64,000 nucleotides of DNA, from contig NC_068983.1 of assembly GCF_001194135.2 (NCBI RefSeq), positions 99,005,420 through 99,069,419 of the forward strand. The letters are read 5' to 3'. Made by a program: the position numbers and the translations under genes. This document shows, piece after piece, positions 1 to 10,353 of this stretch. The notes beneath the pieces were generated by a model. That model did no database searches. It saw only the letters and a list, made by a program, of their open reading frames with translations, and was not told where the DNA came from. Numbering within the stretch: position 1 is the stretch's first letter; each line of letters begins with the position of its first letter. This DNA comes from Octopus bimaculoides (lineage: Eukaryota).

Positions 1-371
1 ATCCGACAGAGTAAAGGGAATGAAGTTTATCTGTATATATCTTCATCAAAGAAGTGGGAATACTTCCGGGTTGCTTCTGGGTACCCATGTGGAGACAGGA
101 ATAAAAATTCAACATTGAATATATTCCGTGTATATATTTGATAAATAAATTCAAAAAGGGATAAAACTCTTTTACAAGAATTTTATCAAGAAGCCAGTGT
201 GTAAAAAAATTCATAAGGGAAATTTCTATTCCCAAGAATATAATTATTCGTTTATATTTATATAAAGGGCATTATTATAGAAAATAATAACGCCACACAG
301 AAAATAATAATGCAACCTACCCAGGGAGGCAGGTTGCATGCTAATTACATGCATGTCCAATCAGATAATAC

Positions 372-960
372 AGGAAAGTGTCATATCTAATGATGGCATA
401 GAAGTATTATCCTTAATGATTACAAGAGTAAAAGAAATATTTTAGAAAGAAGTGACTACAGAGGTATAAAACTGATGCACTAGATTATGAAAGTTACTGA
501 AAAAGTTACAGCATAACTGCTTAGAAAAAAAATTAGTCCAGATGAGATGCAGTTTGGGTTTATGCTAGAATGGAGTACCACCGATACCCACCTTTGTCTT
601 GAGAAGCTCTTCAACAGAGTTCCTTACACTGTAGTAGGGTGGTTGTTAAGAAAACTAGGGATAGAAAAATGGTTTATGATTGCCATACAAATATGGAGGT
701 GCTTTCAATAAGAATTAGTTCAACAAGGAATTTAGGGTGCAGGATGGTATCCATCATACTTAATTCTTAATCATTTTCAGTTTGTTATAGTCCTTTCAGC
801 CATAACAGAGGAATTTAAGACTGGTTATTCATGAGAACTCCTGTATGCTAATGACCTAGTTCTCATAGCTCATTTGGTCAAACATAAAAGAAAGGAACTT
901 CCAAACTTAGAAATAAAACCTAGAATCAAGAAGTTTCAAAGAAAAACCTCCCAAAGATTA
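372..960 (+). mobile_element. Degenerate RTE-clade LINE reverse-transcriptase fragment
   Basis: Homologous at nucleotide level to the better-preserved RTE copy at 55.6-56.3 kb (DYRGIKL, DEMQFGF, ELLYANDLVL-like segments); many stops and frameshifts. Confidence 0.8.
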
Positions 961-1571
961 AAGTTGTATTTAACATGATACAGAAGTTTCAATTGACATT
1001 ATTTAAAATAGAACAATAGAAATTAAATTCAAAAATAACTCCAAAAACAAACATTCCTGTAAATTTTTTTAATTCTTTTTGTTTTGGTCATACAGACATT
1101 TTATGAAAATCTTGAGTTACAAAAATGTTTGAGCAATTTTAACGCCCTCATTAAGGTTGAACTGAAGTAAATTACATTTTTCAACAGTTTTACATGGCAA
1201 CAGTTAGTTTAAAGTTTAAAGAGAGCAAGTGATTTAACTACTCCCTATATTTGGAAGTCAATAATAGTAATCATAATTCCTTCCAACAGCACTAAATGAT
1301 TTGATAGTGAGCAGGTTTTCACACAAAATACTGATTTATTTGACAGTCATTCAAATACAAGATACAGAAATGAGTTGTTATATGCATTATTACTCATCAT
1401 TCTGGTAAAGGATAACAGTTTCATTTGTCAATATACTTCACCAGATCACTTTTGATGTGGTTTATATCAGCAATATGATGGATAATATGGAAGCCCTGAA
1501 GTCTTCATTTGATTTCTCTAACAATAAATGGCAGGATACAAAATAATATGGGAAAGAGCTTAATATTTTAA

Positions 1572-1794
1572 CCCTTTGTTCCAATATTTCTGTTCAAATA
1601 CTCTACCTTTATTTCAATTGATTTTGAAAGCAATGGAAGAATTTAGTAAACTAACTTTTTCATAATTAAGCTGGTGTCTGGAATATAAATGAACATGAAA
1701 TTTTGATGTAAGGTTTAAATTTAGATCGTTTCAAAACAGGAAGTTTGTACCATAAGAAATAAGGGCAGTTTTTGGCAGGTTGGTATCAAAAGGG
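1572..1794. mobile_element. piggyBac-like MITE, family P2
   Basis: TTAA|CCCTTTG left end and CAAAAGGG|TTAC right end; second copy at 41123-41541. Confidence 0.65.
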
Positions 1795-1891
1795 TTACAT
1801 ATTTTTTTAATCCACTAAATAAGACAAGAAAAAAATGATCGGAAGATGGCATTAACAATATGCAAAATGTCATCTCTGTTTTCTTTTACAG

Positions 1892-1930
1892 CAGTTCCAG
1901 GATTTTACTGAAGGGGAAAAAGACTTATGA
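1892..1930 (+). CDS. Candidate terminal coding exon of a convergent plus-strand gene (QFQDFTEGEKDL* or, in phase 1, AVPGFY*)
   Basis: Strong polypyrimidine acceptor tctgttttcttttacag|CAG (NAGNAG), early stop, then non-repetitive AT-rich UTR-like sequence. No upstream exon is visible in the window. Confidence 0.35.
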   Translation, partial: QFQDFTEGEKDL

Positions 1931-2571
1931 GATTTTGATACTTTGAGGAATTAATGACTGATTTTCTGCAGCAGTTTACTAAATTATCAGCTATTTATTG
2001 TAAACCTTGTCGGTTATTCCTATAAAGCTAGTTCTATATTTTCAAATATATAGTTAATGTATTATCATGCACTGTTGCAGTTGTTTCAACAACCCAATGG
2101 AATATTATAGATATATTTAGTAAATATTAATATAAATATGTATATTTTTGCTTATGTCTCAAACACATTGGAAAAAAAATATTAAGCTTCCAAAGAGCTG
2201 AAGAGTTGGAATTGTTCAAAGTAAAAAAGAAGTATTTACCAAGAATATTCTCCAGAGAGAGAAATATTAAGAGTTATATATATTGATTTGTTTAGTTTGA
2301 TTATGGAGACAAACATTGTAAACAAAAGTTTCCAAGTACAGCAACACAAGTTCAAAGATTGCAATTAAAGCAATAACACAGACGTAAAAAGAAAACACAT
2401 GCACATGAGTTTTTATATATGTGTTGGTGTGTGTATGTATACATTTATAAACATATATACATACATATATTCATACACACACACATATATAAAGAATTTC
2501 TGTTTGATAAGTCATTCTTTATATACAGTGTAGTGACACATTGGAATGTAAGATTATTTAATATCTTGCTT

Positions 2572-2602
<31 letters not shown>

Positions 2603-3833
2603 AACACACATCTATATACATAGATGACAAATTTTTATTATTAAATCATATATATAAATGTATATATACAGTATACTGACATGTTTGCAATGTAAAAATG
2701 TTCAAAATGTTTCACGCTTCAAATGTTATTTCAGTATGTGATGTGTAATGATATCTTCCTGTCGTGTATGTAAGGCCAATATTATAATCAACCAATGTAT
2801 TGTTCAGACAAGTCACCATCAAACCGGGTTGTGAAATTATAATCTTTACACTGCATCCAATGTCATATGAAGCAGACAGAAAAATTTAAAATAATTCAAT
2901 GATCACATTCTGCACTGAACTGCAATAATACAGGTTCGAGTGGCTATGGGTAACTTAGCCAATTCCTGGACTTTGGCTTGATACCAAATCAAGATGAAAG
3001 TGAATTGTCTCAGTAGCTGGTACTATTATCTTGATGATTCATCTAATTAAACAAACAAACAAACAAACAAATGGTTATCAATCAGCATTTTAGAAAGAGT
3101 TCAAATAAATAATCAATAATCATTGATAGAAATAAATTCATCAATCTTTTTATGGGTACAATACTGAAGCACAGCCAATATTATTATTTCAAATAATTAT
3201 AGTTTTCAGAAAACATAATGAAAATAACTGTCCAATACATGAAATAACTCTCAAATGCTTCTTTTTTTGCTTGACACACTTATCAATAGACACACACACA
3301 CACTTACACTTAAACTAGTAGGAAAAGTGCAAGATTTTTGCATTCCTCTTAATAAATTATTTAACTACAGGCATAGCTGAGTGGATACAAAGTTCCTTTT
3401 GTTACCATGTGGTCTCAGGTTCTATCCCATTTCTTGACACTGTGAGCAAGTGTTTTAAGTGTTTTCTACATTATTCTTGGACCAACCAATGCTTTGTGAA
3501 TGGAAATGGTGGCTAGAAACTGTAAGTAAGTCTGAATATATATATATATATATGTATATATATNNNNNNNNNNNNNNNNNNNNNNNNNNNNNNNNNNNNN
3601 NNNNNNNNNNNNNNNNNNNNNNNNNNNNNNNNNNNNNNNNNNNNNNNNNNNNNNNNNNNNNNNNNNNNNNNNNNNNNGTAGAAGAAAGAACAAAGAAGAA
3701 ATAGTACTTGGAGTATAGTTCCATTCCAGCAGTAAACATCCATGTAAAGAATCCGTGTGGGTATTTTCCAGAGATAATTGTAGTTGCAAAGGTGGATATA
3801 TATCATATCCAGTATACTCTGTGCATTGTTTAC

Positions 3834-3907
<74 letters not shown>

Positions 3908-3995
3908 CGTGTGTGTGTGTGTGTGTGTGTGAACACACACACATATATATTGGAAAATGTGTGAGATCCTTAGTACAGTTAGGTATATTTGAAAA

Positions 3996-4223
3996 AAGAA
4001 AAAGAATGACTTCACTGGTAGTTCTAATCAGTTTAATTTATTATTGATATAAATTTTACATTTTAGTTTGTAGATTGCAATTAAAGCAATAACATACACA
4101 TAAAAAAGAACATATGCACATGAGTTTGTATATATGTGTTTGTGTGTGTATGTATACATTTATAAACATATAAAATAATAAATTAAACTGATTAGAACTA
4201 CCAGTGAAGTCATTCTTTTTCTT
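3996..4223. repeat. Perfect 50-bp inverted repeat (3996-4045 / 4174-4223) with 128-nt spacer
   Basis: Arms checked base by base: 50/50 reverse-complement match. Confidence 0.95.
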
Positions 4224-4484
4224 CTTCCATGTATATACATATATCAGTTGGTGTGGATCCTGTTGATAATGGTTATTAGCTTGGTAGCTTCAATCATGTA
4301 ATTGGGTAGCAGTTCACACTACTGGAATACTAATAATTTACTAATTTAATATTTCCGTTTTATCATCCAATCTCAAAATTAAGATCAATTGCTGAATGAT
4401 ATTGGGTATTCTGCAACTTCAATCTCAGCAGTTACATTAGTCACTTATATCATGTGGTGAAGAAGTTTTTATTCTACTGACAGT

Positions 4485-4492
4485 TCAGATGC
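4485..4492 (-). CDS. Probable last coding exon of host gene (adds C-I-stop; alternative NAGNAG acceptor at 4495 adds S-G-I-stop)
   Basis: Minus-strand ...ctgccatcttag|CAG|GCATCTGA; phase-1 compatible with the donor at 4710; followed by non-repetitive UTR-like sequence. Confidence 0.45.
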
Positions 4493-4709
4493 CTGCTAAG
4501 ATGGCAGGTAATTTCAGATTACATAATGCACAAATCGTGAATAAATTACCATGCTATTAAAACATATGTAGCATGTCAAGTCATCTTTTTACCACACACA
4601 CACACACATATTTGTGTATCCACACACACAGAAACATATATATGTAGTGGGGAAATATATAGGTGTTTTGCAAACTGCAAAAACAAAGATATATTACAAA
4701 AGAACTTAC

Positions 4710-4793
4710 ATGTATTATCCTTCTGTTTTTCTACTTCGTCATCAGATAAATAATTATCTAGAAACTCAAAAGCTTGTGTGGTTACTTTCTGAC
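4710..4793 (-). CDS. Host gene duplicated exon B (GQKVTTQAFEFLDNYLSDDEVEKQKDNT)
   Basis: attgcag|GT...ACAT|gtaagt, 84 nt, phase 1-1, open; paralogous to 5921-6004 with mostly synonymous differences. Confidence 0.9.
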
Positions 4794-5109
4794 CTGCAAT
4801 ACAATGAGATGTTTGTTAATTTGAGATGTTTGAAATGTTATGATGAAAGACATTCTCACATGTAGCAACTGTGTGTAATGTAATGGTATAACTCAGGGAA
4901 AAGAGAATAAGAGTTTATGAGGAGGTTTGTTGAGAGTGAACAATATATAGCTGAAGTTGAAACAGGAGACTTCTTCAGTAAGACTACTATTTATAGAGTT
5001 ATCTTAGCTCAGGATTATGTTAAGTTGATAGAGACCCTTTGGGTCAGGGATCAGAAGGCTCTGCTGCAATTTAGGAAGCAAGTAAGCTTGCAGGTTGTGA
5101 GAAGCATGA

Positions 5110-5335
5110 TGGCATTGTAGTCTTGCACAAGTTTGGCACAAGGCCAGCAGTTCCAGTGCAGAGAGTAAGTTGATTACATCAATACCCAGTGCTAAACTGG
5201 TATTAATTTTATCAACTCTGAAAGGATGAAAGGCAAAATTGACCTTGGTGGAATGTGAACTCAGAACATAAAGATGGACGAAATGCCACTAAGTATTTTG
5301 CCCAGCACAGCAATGATTCTGCCAGCTCACTGCAT
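5110..5335 (-). mobile_element. tRNA-derived SINE, family B
   Basis: Matches the many copies with ggcagaat..ttagca / gagttcaaattcc / ctttcatcctttc / ccttgtgcc blocks. Confidence 0.8.
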
Positions 5336-5399
5336 TGTAGTCTTGTATATATATTGCAATGATGGACAAATACCACTTAGCAGGGATGGGCCACTTTCT

Positions 5400-5760
5400 C
5401 CAGGAATTGTGCTCAGTGTTAATTGCATGAAGATATGAGCTTTAATTGTGTGAGGAATGTGAAGTTGTTATTGTGCAGTCCAGTCCTAGTGGAACAGACC
5501 TATGATCAGAAACTTTCCGACCAAGAGTATCTTTTTATTTGGGTGTGTATCAACACTGGTTATCAAGTGGTGGTGGGTGACAAACAGACACAAAAACACA
5601 CACACACACATGAACGATGAGCTACTTTCAGTTTTACCTCTACCAAATTCACTCACAAGGCTTCAGTTGGCTGGAGGCTATAGTAGAAGACATTTGCTCA
5701 TGCAATAGGGCTGAACCAAGAACTATGTGGTTGGGAAATAAGCTTCTTACCACACAGCCT
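5400..5760 (-). mobile_element. tRNA-derived SINE, family A
   Basis: Reverse complement of the gtgtggtaagaagct...gtgagtggatttggtag...(TG)n...gacaaccgatg family; similar copies near 3370, 10120, 23030, 29765, 35190, 36940, 37730, 46905, 48770, 52025, 58060, 60905 and 62884. Confidence 0.85.
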
Positions 5761-5920
5761 AAATGTTTAATCTAAAGGAACAAATATCAGCAGGAAATGA
5801 TTGGTACTTATTTTATTCATTCAAGAGAAATGAAAAACAAAGTTGCCTTTGATGGAATTTGAACTCAAGACATAAAGGATGATTCTGCCTTAAACTCTGG
5901 ATATATTAAAAACAACTCAC

Positions 5921-6004
5921 TTATAGTATCTTTCTGTTTCTCTGCATCATCATCAGATAAGTAACTGTCAAGAAACTCAAATGCTTGTGTGGTTACTTTT
6001 TGAC
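5921..6004 (-). CDS. Host gene duplicated exon A (GQKVTTQAFEFLDSYLSDDDAEKQKDTI)
   Basis: tgtatttcag|GT...ATAA|gtgagt, 84 nt, phase 1-1, open; not in the ORF track because it lacks its own start. Confidence 0.9.
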
Positions 6005-6472
6005 CTGAAATACAATCAAATATTTAATTATTGAATTAGAACTGATAAAAATATTGATTTTTGATTTAAGCACCATGCTAGAAACTGGCAGAGAGATTGT
6101 GTGATGATGTATAGAAATAGTGACATTTTGCGAAATACTTAAATGTCTGAGACGACTTGTTAATATGATTTGAATTTTTCTGACTATTCTTTTGACTTGA
6201 AAGATTGCCAATAATTATATCTACACAACATTCTGATCAGTTTGATCTCCTTGATCATCATCGGGTCATTTAGTTATGGATGTGTTTGTAGCACCACACT
6301 AAATTTGAACTAACAATATTTATAACTAAACTAAGGGTTCTGATCTGCTAGTAAATTTGTCAGTGGTCCAACAAAAAGTACAAATTTTAGTGTGTACTGA
6401 ACTATTATACAAATCATTTTTCTGTACAGCTCACAGTTTATTACTTACTCTCAAACATCCATGACATCTTAA

Positions 6473-6680
6473 CTCTTTAGCATTTGAACTGGCCATGTCT
6501 AACCAAAATATTTTCCCTGTTTTATGTTCAAAGTGACCAGATCTAACCGTTGACACCAACCCTACAATATCATTCCAAAATTAAACATCATTGAAATCTC
6601 AAAGCTATGAGATAATGCATGATCAATTTGAATAATTAAATAAGCATTACATTTGACAGAGTAATCAGAAGGGTAAAGGG
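6473..6680. mobile_element. piggyBac-like MITE, family P1
   Basis: TTAA|CTCTTTAGCA ... TAAAGGG|TTAA; other copies at 24548-24763, 32578-32797, 41270-41472 and 46352-46571. Confidence 0.75.
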
Positions 6681-7091
6681 TTAAGCACTTCCTCTACTGC
6701 TGCCCTTACATTATACACAACATCCTCTGGAGTAACTTTGTTACCAACATCAAACTCCTTAAACAGGCAGTAGCCACTTGCATCAAGGCCATGCAGTTAT
6801 ACTCACAACTGCACTGGGCAAGACACATTTCCAGGATGGTGGGTCACCTGTCTAAGATGATGGTAAATTCTCTATAGGCCACTATAACAGAAGACCATTA
6901 AAGAAAAGGTACATAGTAAATGCTACAGTACAAGGTAAACCACAGTAGCCATATAAACTCACATAATTACCCTTATATTATGATGAGGGAAGTTATAAAA
7001 CAATTATGAACATTGTTTATTTTCCCTTTCTCAAAATACTAACAAACAAAAAAATAAATACAGTTCTATATTTGAGAGATGAGAAATTGTG

Positions 7092-7318
7092 TACATTTGA
7101 CGGATATTTGTCCTCATCTTGTTTGTTGTTAACACAATGTTTCGGCTGACATACTCTCCAGCCTTCATCAGGTGTCTTGGATAAATTTTGAACTTGGGTT
7201 CTCATTCCTAAGGTATTTTTCGATGTTAGTATTATTATTATTATTATTCAGGTTACTGCCTGGAATTGAACTTGGAATCTTGGGGTTAGTAGCCTGCGCT
7301 CTTAACCACAAAGCCATA
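7092..7318 (-). mobile_element. Family D SINE (tRNA head + (AAT)n + hammerhead-like tail), minus copy of head-to-head pair
   Basis: Reverse complement of 7337-7578 and 14190-14440. Confidence 0.85.
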
Positions 7319-7336
7319 GACTCGTGAGCATGGGTA

Positions 7337-7586
7337 TATGGCGTAGTGGTTAAGAGCATGGGCTACTAACCCCAAGATTCCGAGTTTGATGCTAGGCAGT
7401 GACCTGAACAACAACAACAACAGCAACAGCAGAACAACAACAACAATGAAAAATACCTTAGGAATGAGAACCCAAGTTTGAAATTTCCCCCAAGACACCT
7501 GATGAAGGCTGGAGAGTATATTAGCCGAAACATTGTGTTTACAACAAACAAGATGAGGACAAATATCTGTCAAATGTAAAGAATGT
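7337..7586 (+). mobile_element. Family D SINE, plus copy of head-to-head pair
   Basis: A-box TGGCGTAGTGG, B-box-like GTTTGATGC, (AAC)n linker, CTGATGA-GGCTG..TAGCC-GAAA tail. Confidence 0.85.
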
Positions 7587-7734
7587 AAAAAAAATAAATG
7601 CCTCCATGTTCATATAGCAGACTGGATTTTAATCTCTGTAGTTAAATGGTTCAATAGCAGGAAAATGTAATTTCCTTGCCAACAAATATTTTATACAACT
7701 TAAATGTTAAATAAGCTTTTAAAATATTCTTTCT

Positions 7735-8370
7735 TAAATTTGGTGCAAGGCCAGCAATTTTGAGAGCAAGGGACAGTCAATTATACTGCCCCCATGCTTG
7801 AATGAGACTTATTTTATTAATTCTGAAGGGATGACAGCTAAGTTCTCCATAGTCAATATGGAGAGGTTTGAATTTAGAATGAAAAGAGCCAGAAGAAATG
7901 CTGCTAAGTATCTTGCCTGTCATGCTAATGATTCTGCCAACACACTGCCTTTGAAATATTTGTTTCAAATTTTGGCACAAAATTTTTACATCAACCCTAA
8001 TGCTCAACTGGTACTTATTTTATGAATCCAAAAGAATGAAAGGCAAAGTCAACCTCAGTAGAATTTGAATTCAGAACAAAGAGACAGATGAAACGCTGCT
8101 AAGTATTTTTCCCGGTGTAATAACGATTCTTCCAGCTCGTTGCCTTTAAAATATTGATTTCAAATTTTGGCACGAGGCCAGCAATTTCTGGGGAGTGGGT
8201 CAGTTGATTACATCAACTCCAATGCTCAACTGGTACTTATTTTATCAACCCTGAAAGGATGAAAGGTGAAGTTGACCTCAGCAGAATTTGAACTTAGAAC
8301 ATGAAGACGGATGAAATGCTGCAAAGCATTTTGCCTGGCATGCTAATGATTCTACCAGGTCATTGCCTTT
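7735..8370 (-). mobile_element. Three head-to-tail family B SINEs
   Basis: Three successive units ~7735-7945, 7960-8150 and 8160-8370 with the same conserved blocks. Confidence 0.8.
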
Positions 8371-8417
8371 AAACTATTAAAAGAAAACTGATAAATTGTA
8401 ATAAATCACCAACTTGC

Positions 8418-9020
8418 CTTTTGTTTCTGATTCTGTCACATCACTTATGCTTTCAATACAACTCTGTTCATCTACTGATTTTTCCTGGGCATGAATATCA
8501 ACATTATCTGTTTGATCAGGATTTGAAACAGAACATTCAGCATCAAACTCAAGATCTAGTAATGGATTGACCTTGGCATGTATGCTGAGATCATTATTAC
8601 TGTTGTCCAGGCCAGAATGAGAAGGTGGAAACAATAGTTCAGAGCTGTTGTGTTCACTAATTACTGTGCTCGTGGTTGATTTGGCTAACCGCGGACTGTT
8701 ATTCAGAGATTTCCGTGACAATAGAGATCCTGTTCGACTACTGCCTTTATTTTTAAGAGAAGATTTTGAAGAACCAGATTTTACTGAGAATGACTTAGAT
8801 ATGTTTGATTTTTGAAGGGACCTAGTAAGTTCATTATTGTATCCAGAAAGAGCAGCATTTTCATATGGATAGCTTCTTGTAGGCCTTTGCACTTTGTCGT
8901 CTGGTAATCTGTGTGAAAAGTTTCTCAATACAGGTTGATTTGGTTCGTTATCAGACACATATTCTGTTGGGTAAGCATCATTTGTTTTCAGTAACCTTGC
9001 ACTATTTCGATAGGGTAAAC
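8418..9020 (-). CDS. Host gene large cytosolic-tail exon (201 codons, Ser-rich, contains LLDLE); ends in GC donor
   Basis: Acceptor tttttgaacag|GT, open 603 nt (ORF 8377-8958), phase 1-1, donor AAAG|gcaagt. Confidence 0.9.
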
Positions 9021-9377
9021 CTGTTCAAAAATAGATGAAAAAAAAAGTATTTGAAATGTTCTGAATTAAGTAATTTTATTTTGTATTAAGGAGAAACTGA
9101 ATACAAAGGTTATATTTAAAAATAGAAAATAAAATACAGAATTTTAAAATACATCTTGTGGATGATCTAGGGTGCTTCTGGGGTCTCATGGGGTTTCAAC
9201 ATCAGACCCCATCATCCAGGTGCAGGCATGGGAGTGTGATTAAGAAGTTCATCTCTGAACCATGCGGTCAGGGGACTTGGTCCCATTGCATGAATGCTGT
9301 TGGCTATACAATAGTTGTGGATCAATTGATACCTTGGAAGTGAAATCAGGAGACAAAAGGTGAAGAAGTCTATAGCA

Positions 9378-9432
<55 letters not shown>

Positions 9433-10317
9433 TTTGTGTTTCCCTTCATCTTCAATTGTGTTTGCTGACTATAAATGATAACCTTGTTGTTCCATTGCTT
9501 GCAGTCCACCATAAAACCAAATCCAGGTAGTTCATTGTTTGATAGATTACTACCATTTTTTGGAGACAGGGGTTGGCATCAAGAAGAGCATCTGGCCATA
9601 GAAACTCTGCTCCAATGTAATTTAATGCAACCCATGCAAGCATGGATAAGTGAATGCTCAAATGATAATGATGATGAAAAAAGTAAAGGAATATATCATC
9701 TTTAATATATACACATTTTTTTTTATGTCAGCCTTTGATATTTTCTATCCAAAAAATGATTTTAGCCCAATATTATACACTATTATTTATAGTTTTATAT
9801 GCTTTAAGATTCACTGTTCCTACAAAAAATTATTTCATGTTTTCTCAAAGACTCTGAATTCTTATGATGTCAACAACATACAAATCTCACTGGTAAGAAT
9901 AGAATTTCTAAAATGGAGAAATTCAAAGGATTGCTATGGTCCAATGGCAGAACATCTGTTATGTTTACAGGAAATATGGGTTTGTGTCCCATGGACAGCC
10001 TTCAAATTTTTCTATCCAAAGAGTTTTTAACCCAATATATTTACATGCTATTATTCATAGCCTTATTTGCTTTGAGGTTCACCATTCCTAATAATAATAA
10101 TAATAATACATATATAGATGCAGGTGTGGTTGTGTGGTAAGAAGATTTTTTCTCAACTACATGGTTCTGGGTTCAGTTCCATTGCATGGTACCTTGAGCA
10201 AGTTTTCTACTATAGCCTCAGGCCTATTAAAGTCTTGTGAGTGGATTTGATAGATGGAAACTGAAAGAAGCCCATCGTACACATATATATATATACACGC
10301 ACATACATATATATCAT

Positions 10318-10353
<36 letters not shown>

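Noticed and set aside
2419-3944. YIYIYI / THTHTH / CVCVCV / RERERE ORFs
   Set aside because: Translations of (AT)n, (CA)n and (GA)n microsatellites.
5993-6211. 72-aa minus-strand ORF overlapping exon A
   Set aside because: Different frame from exon A; mostly AT-rich intron sequence.
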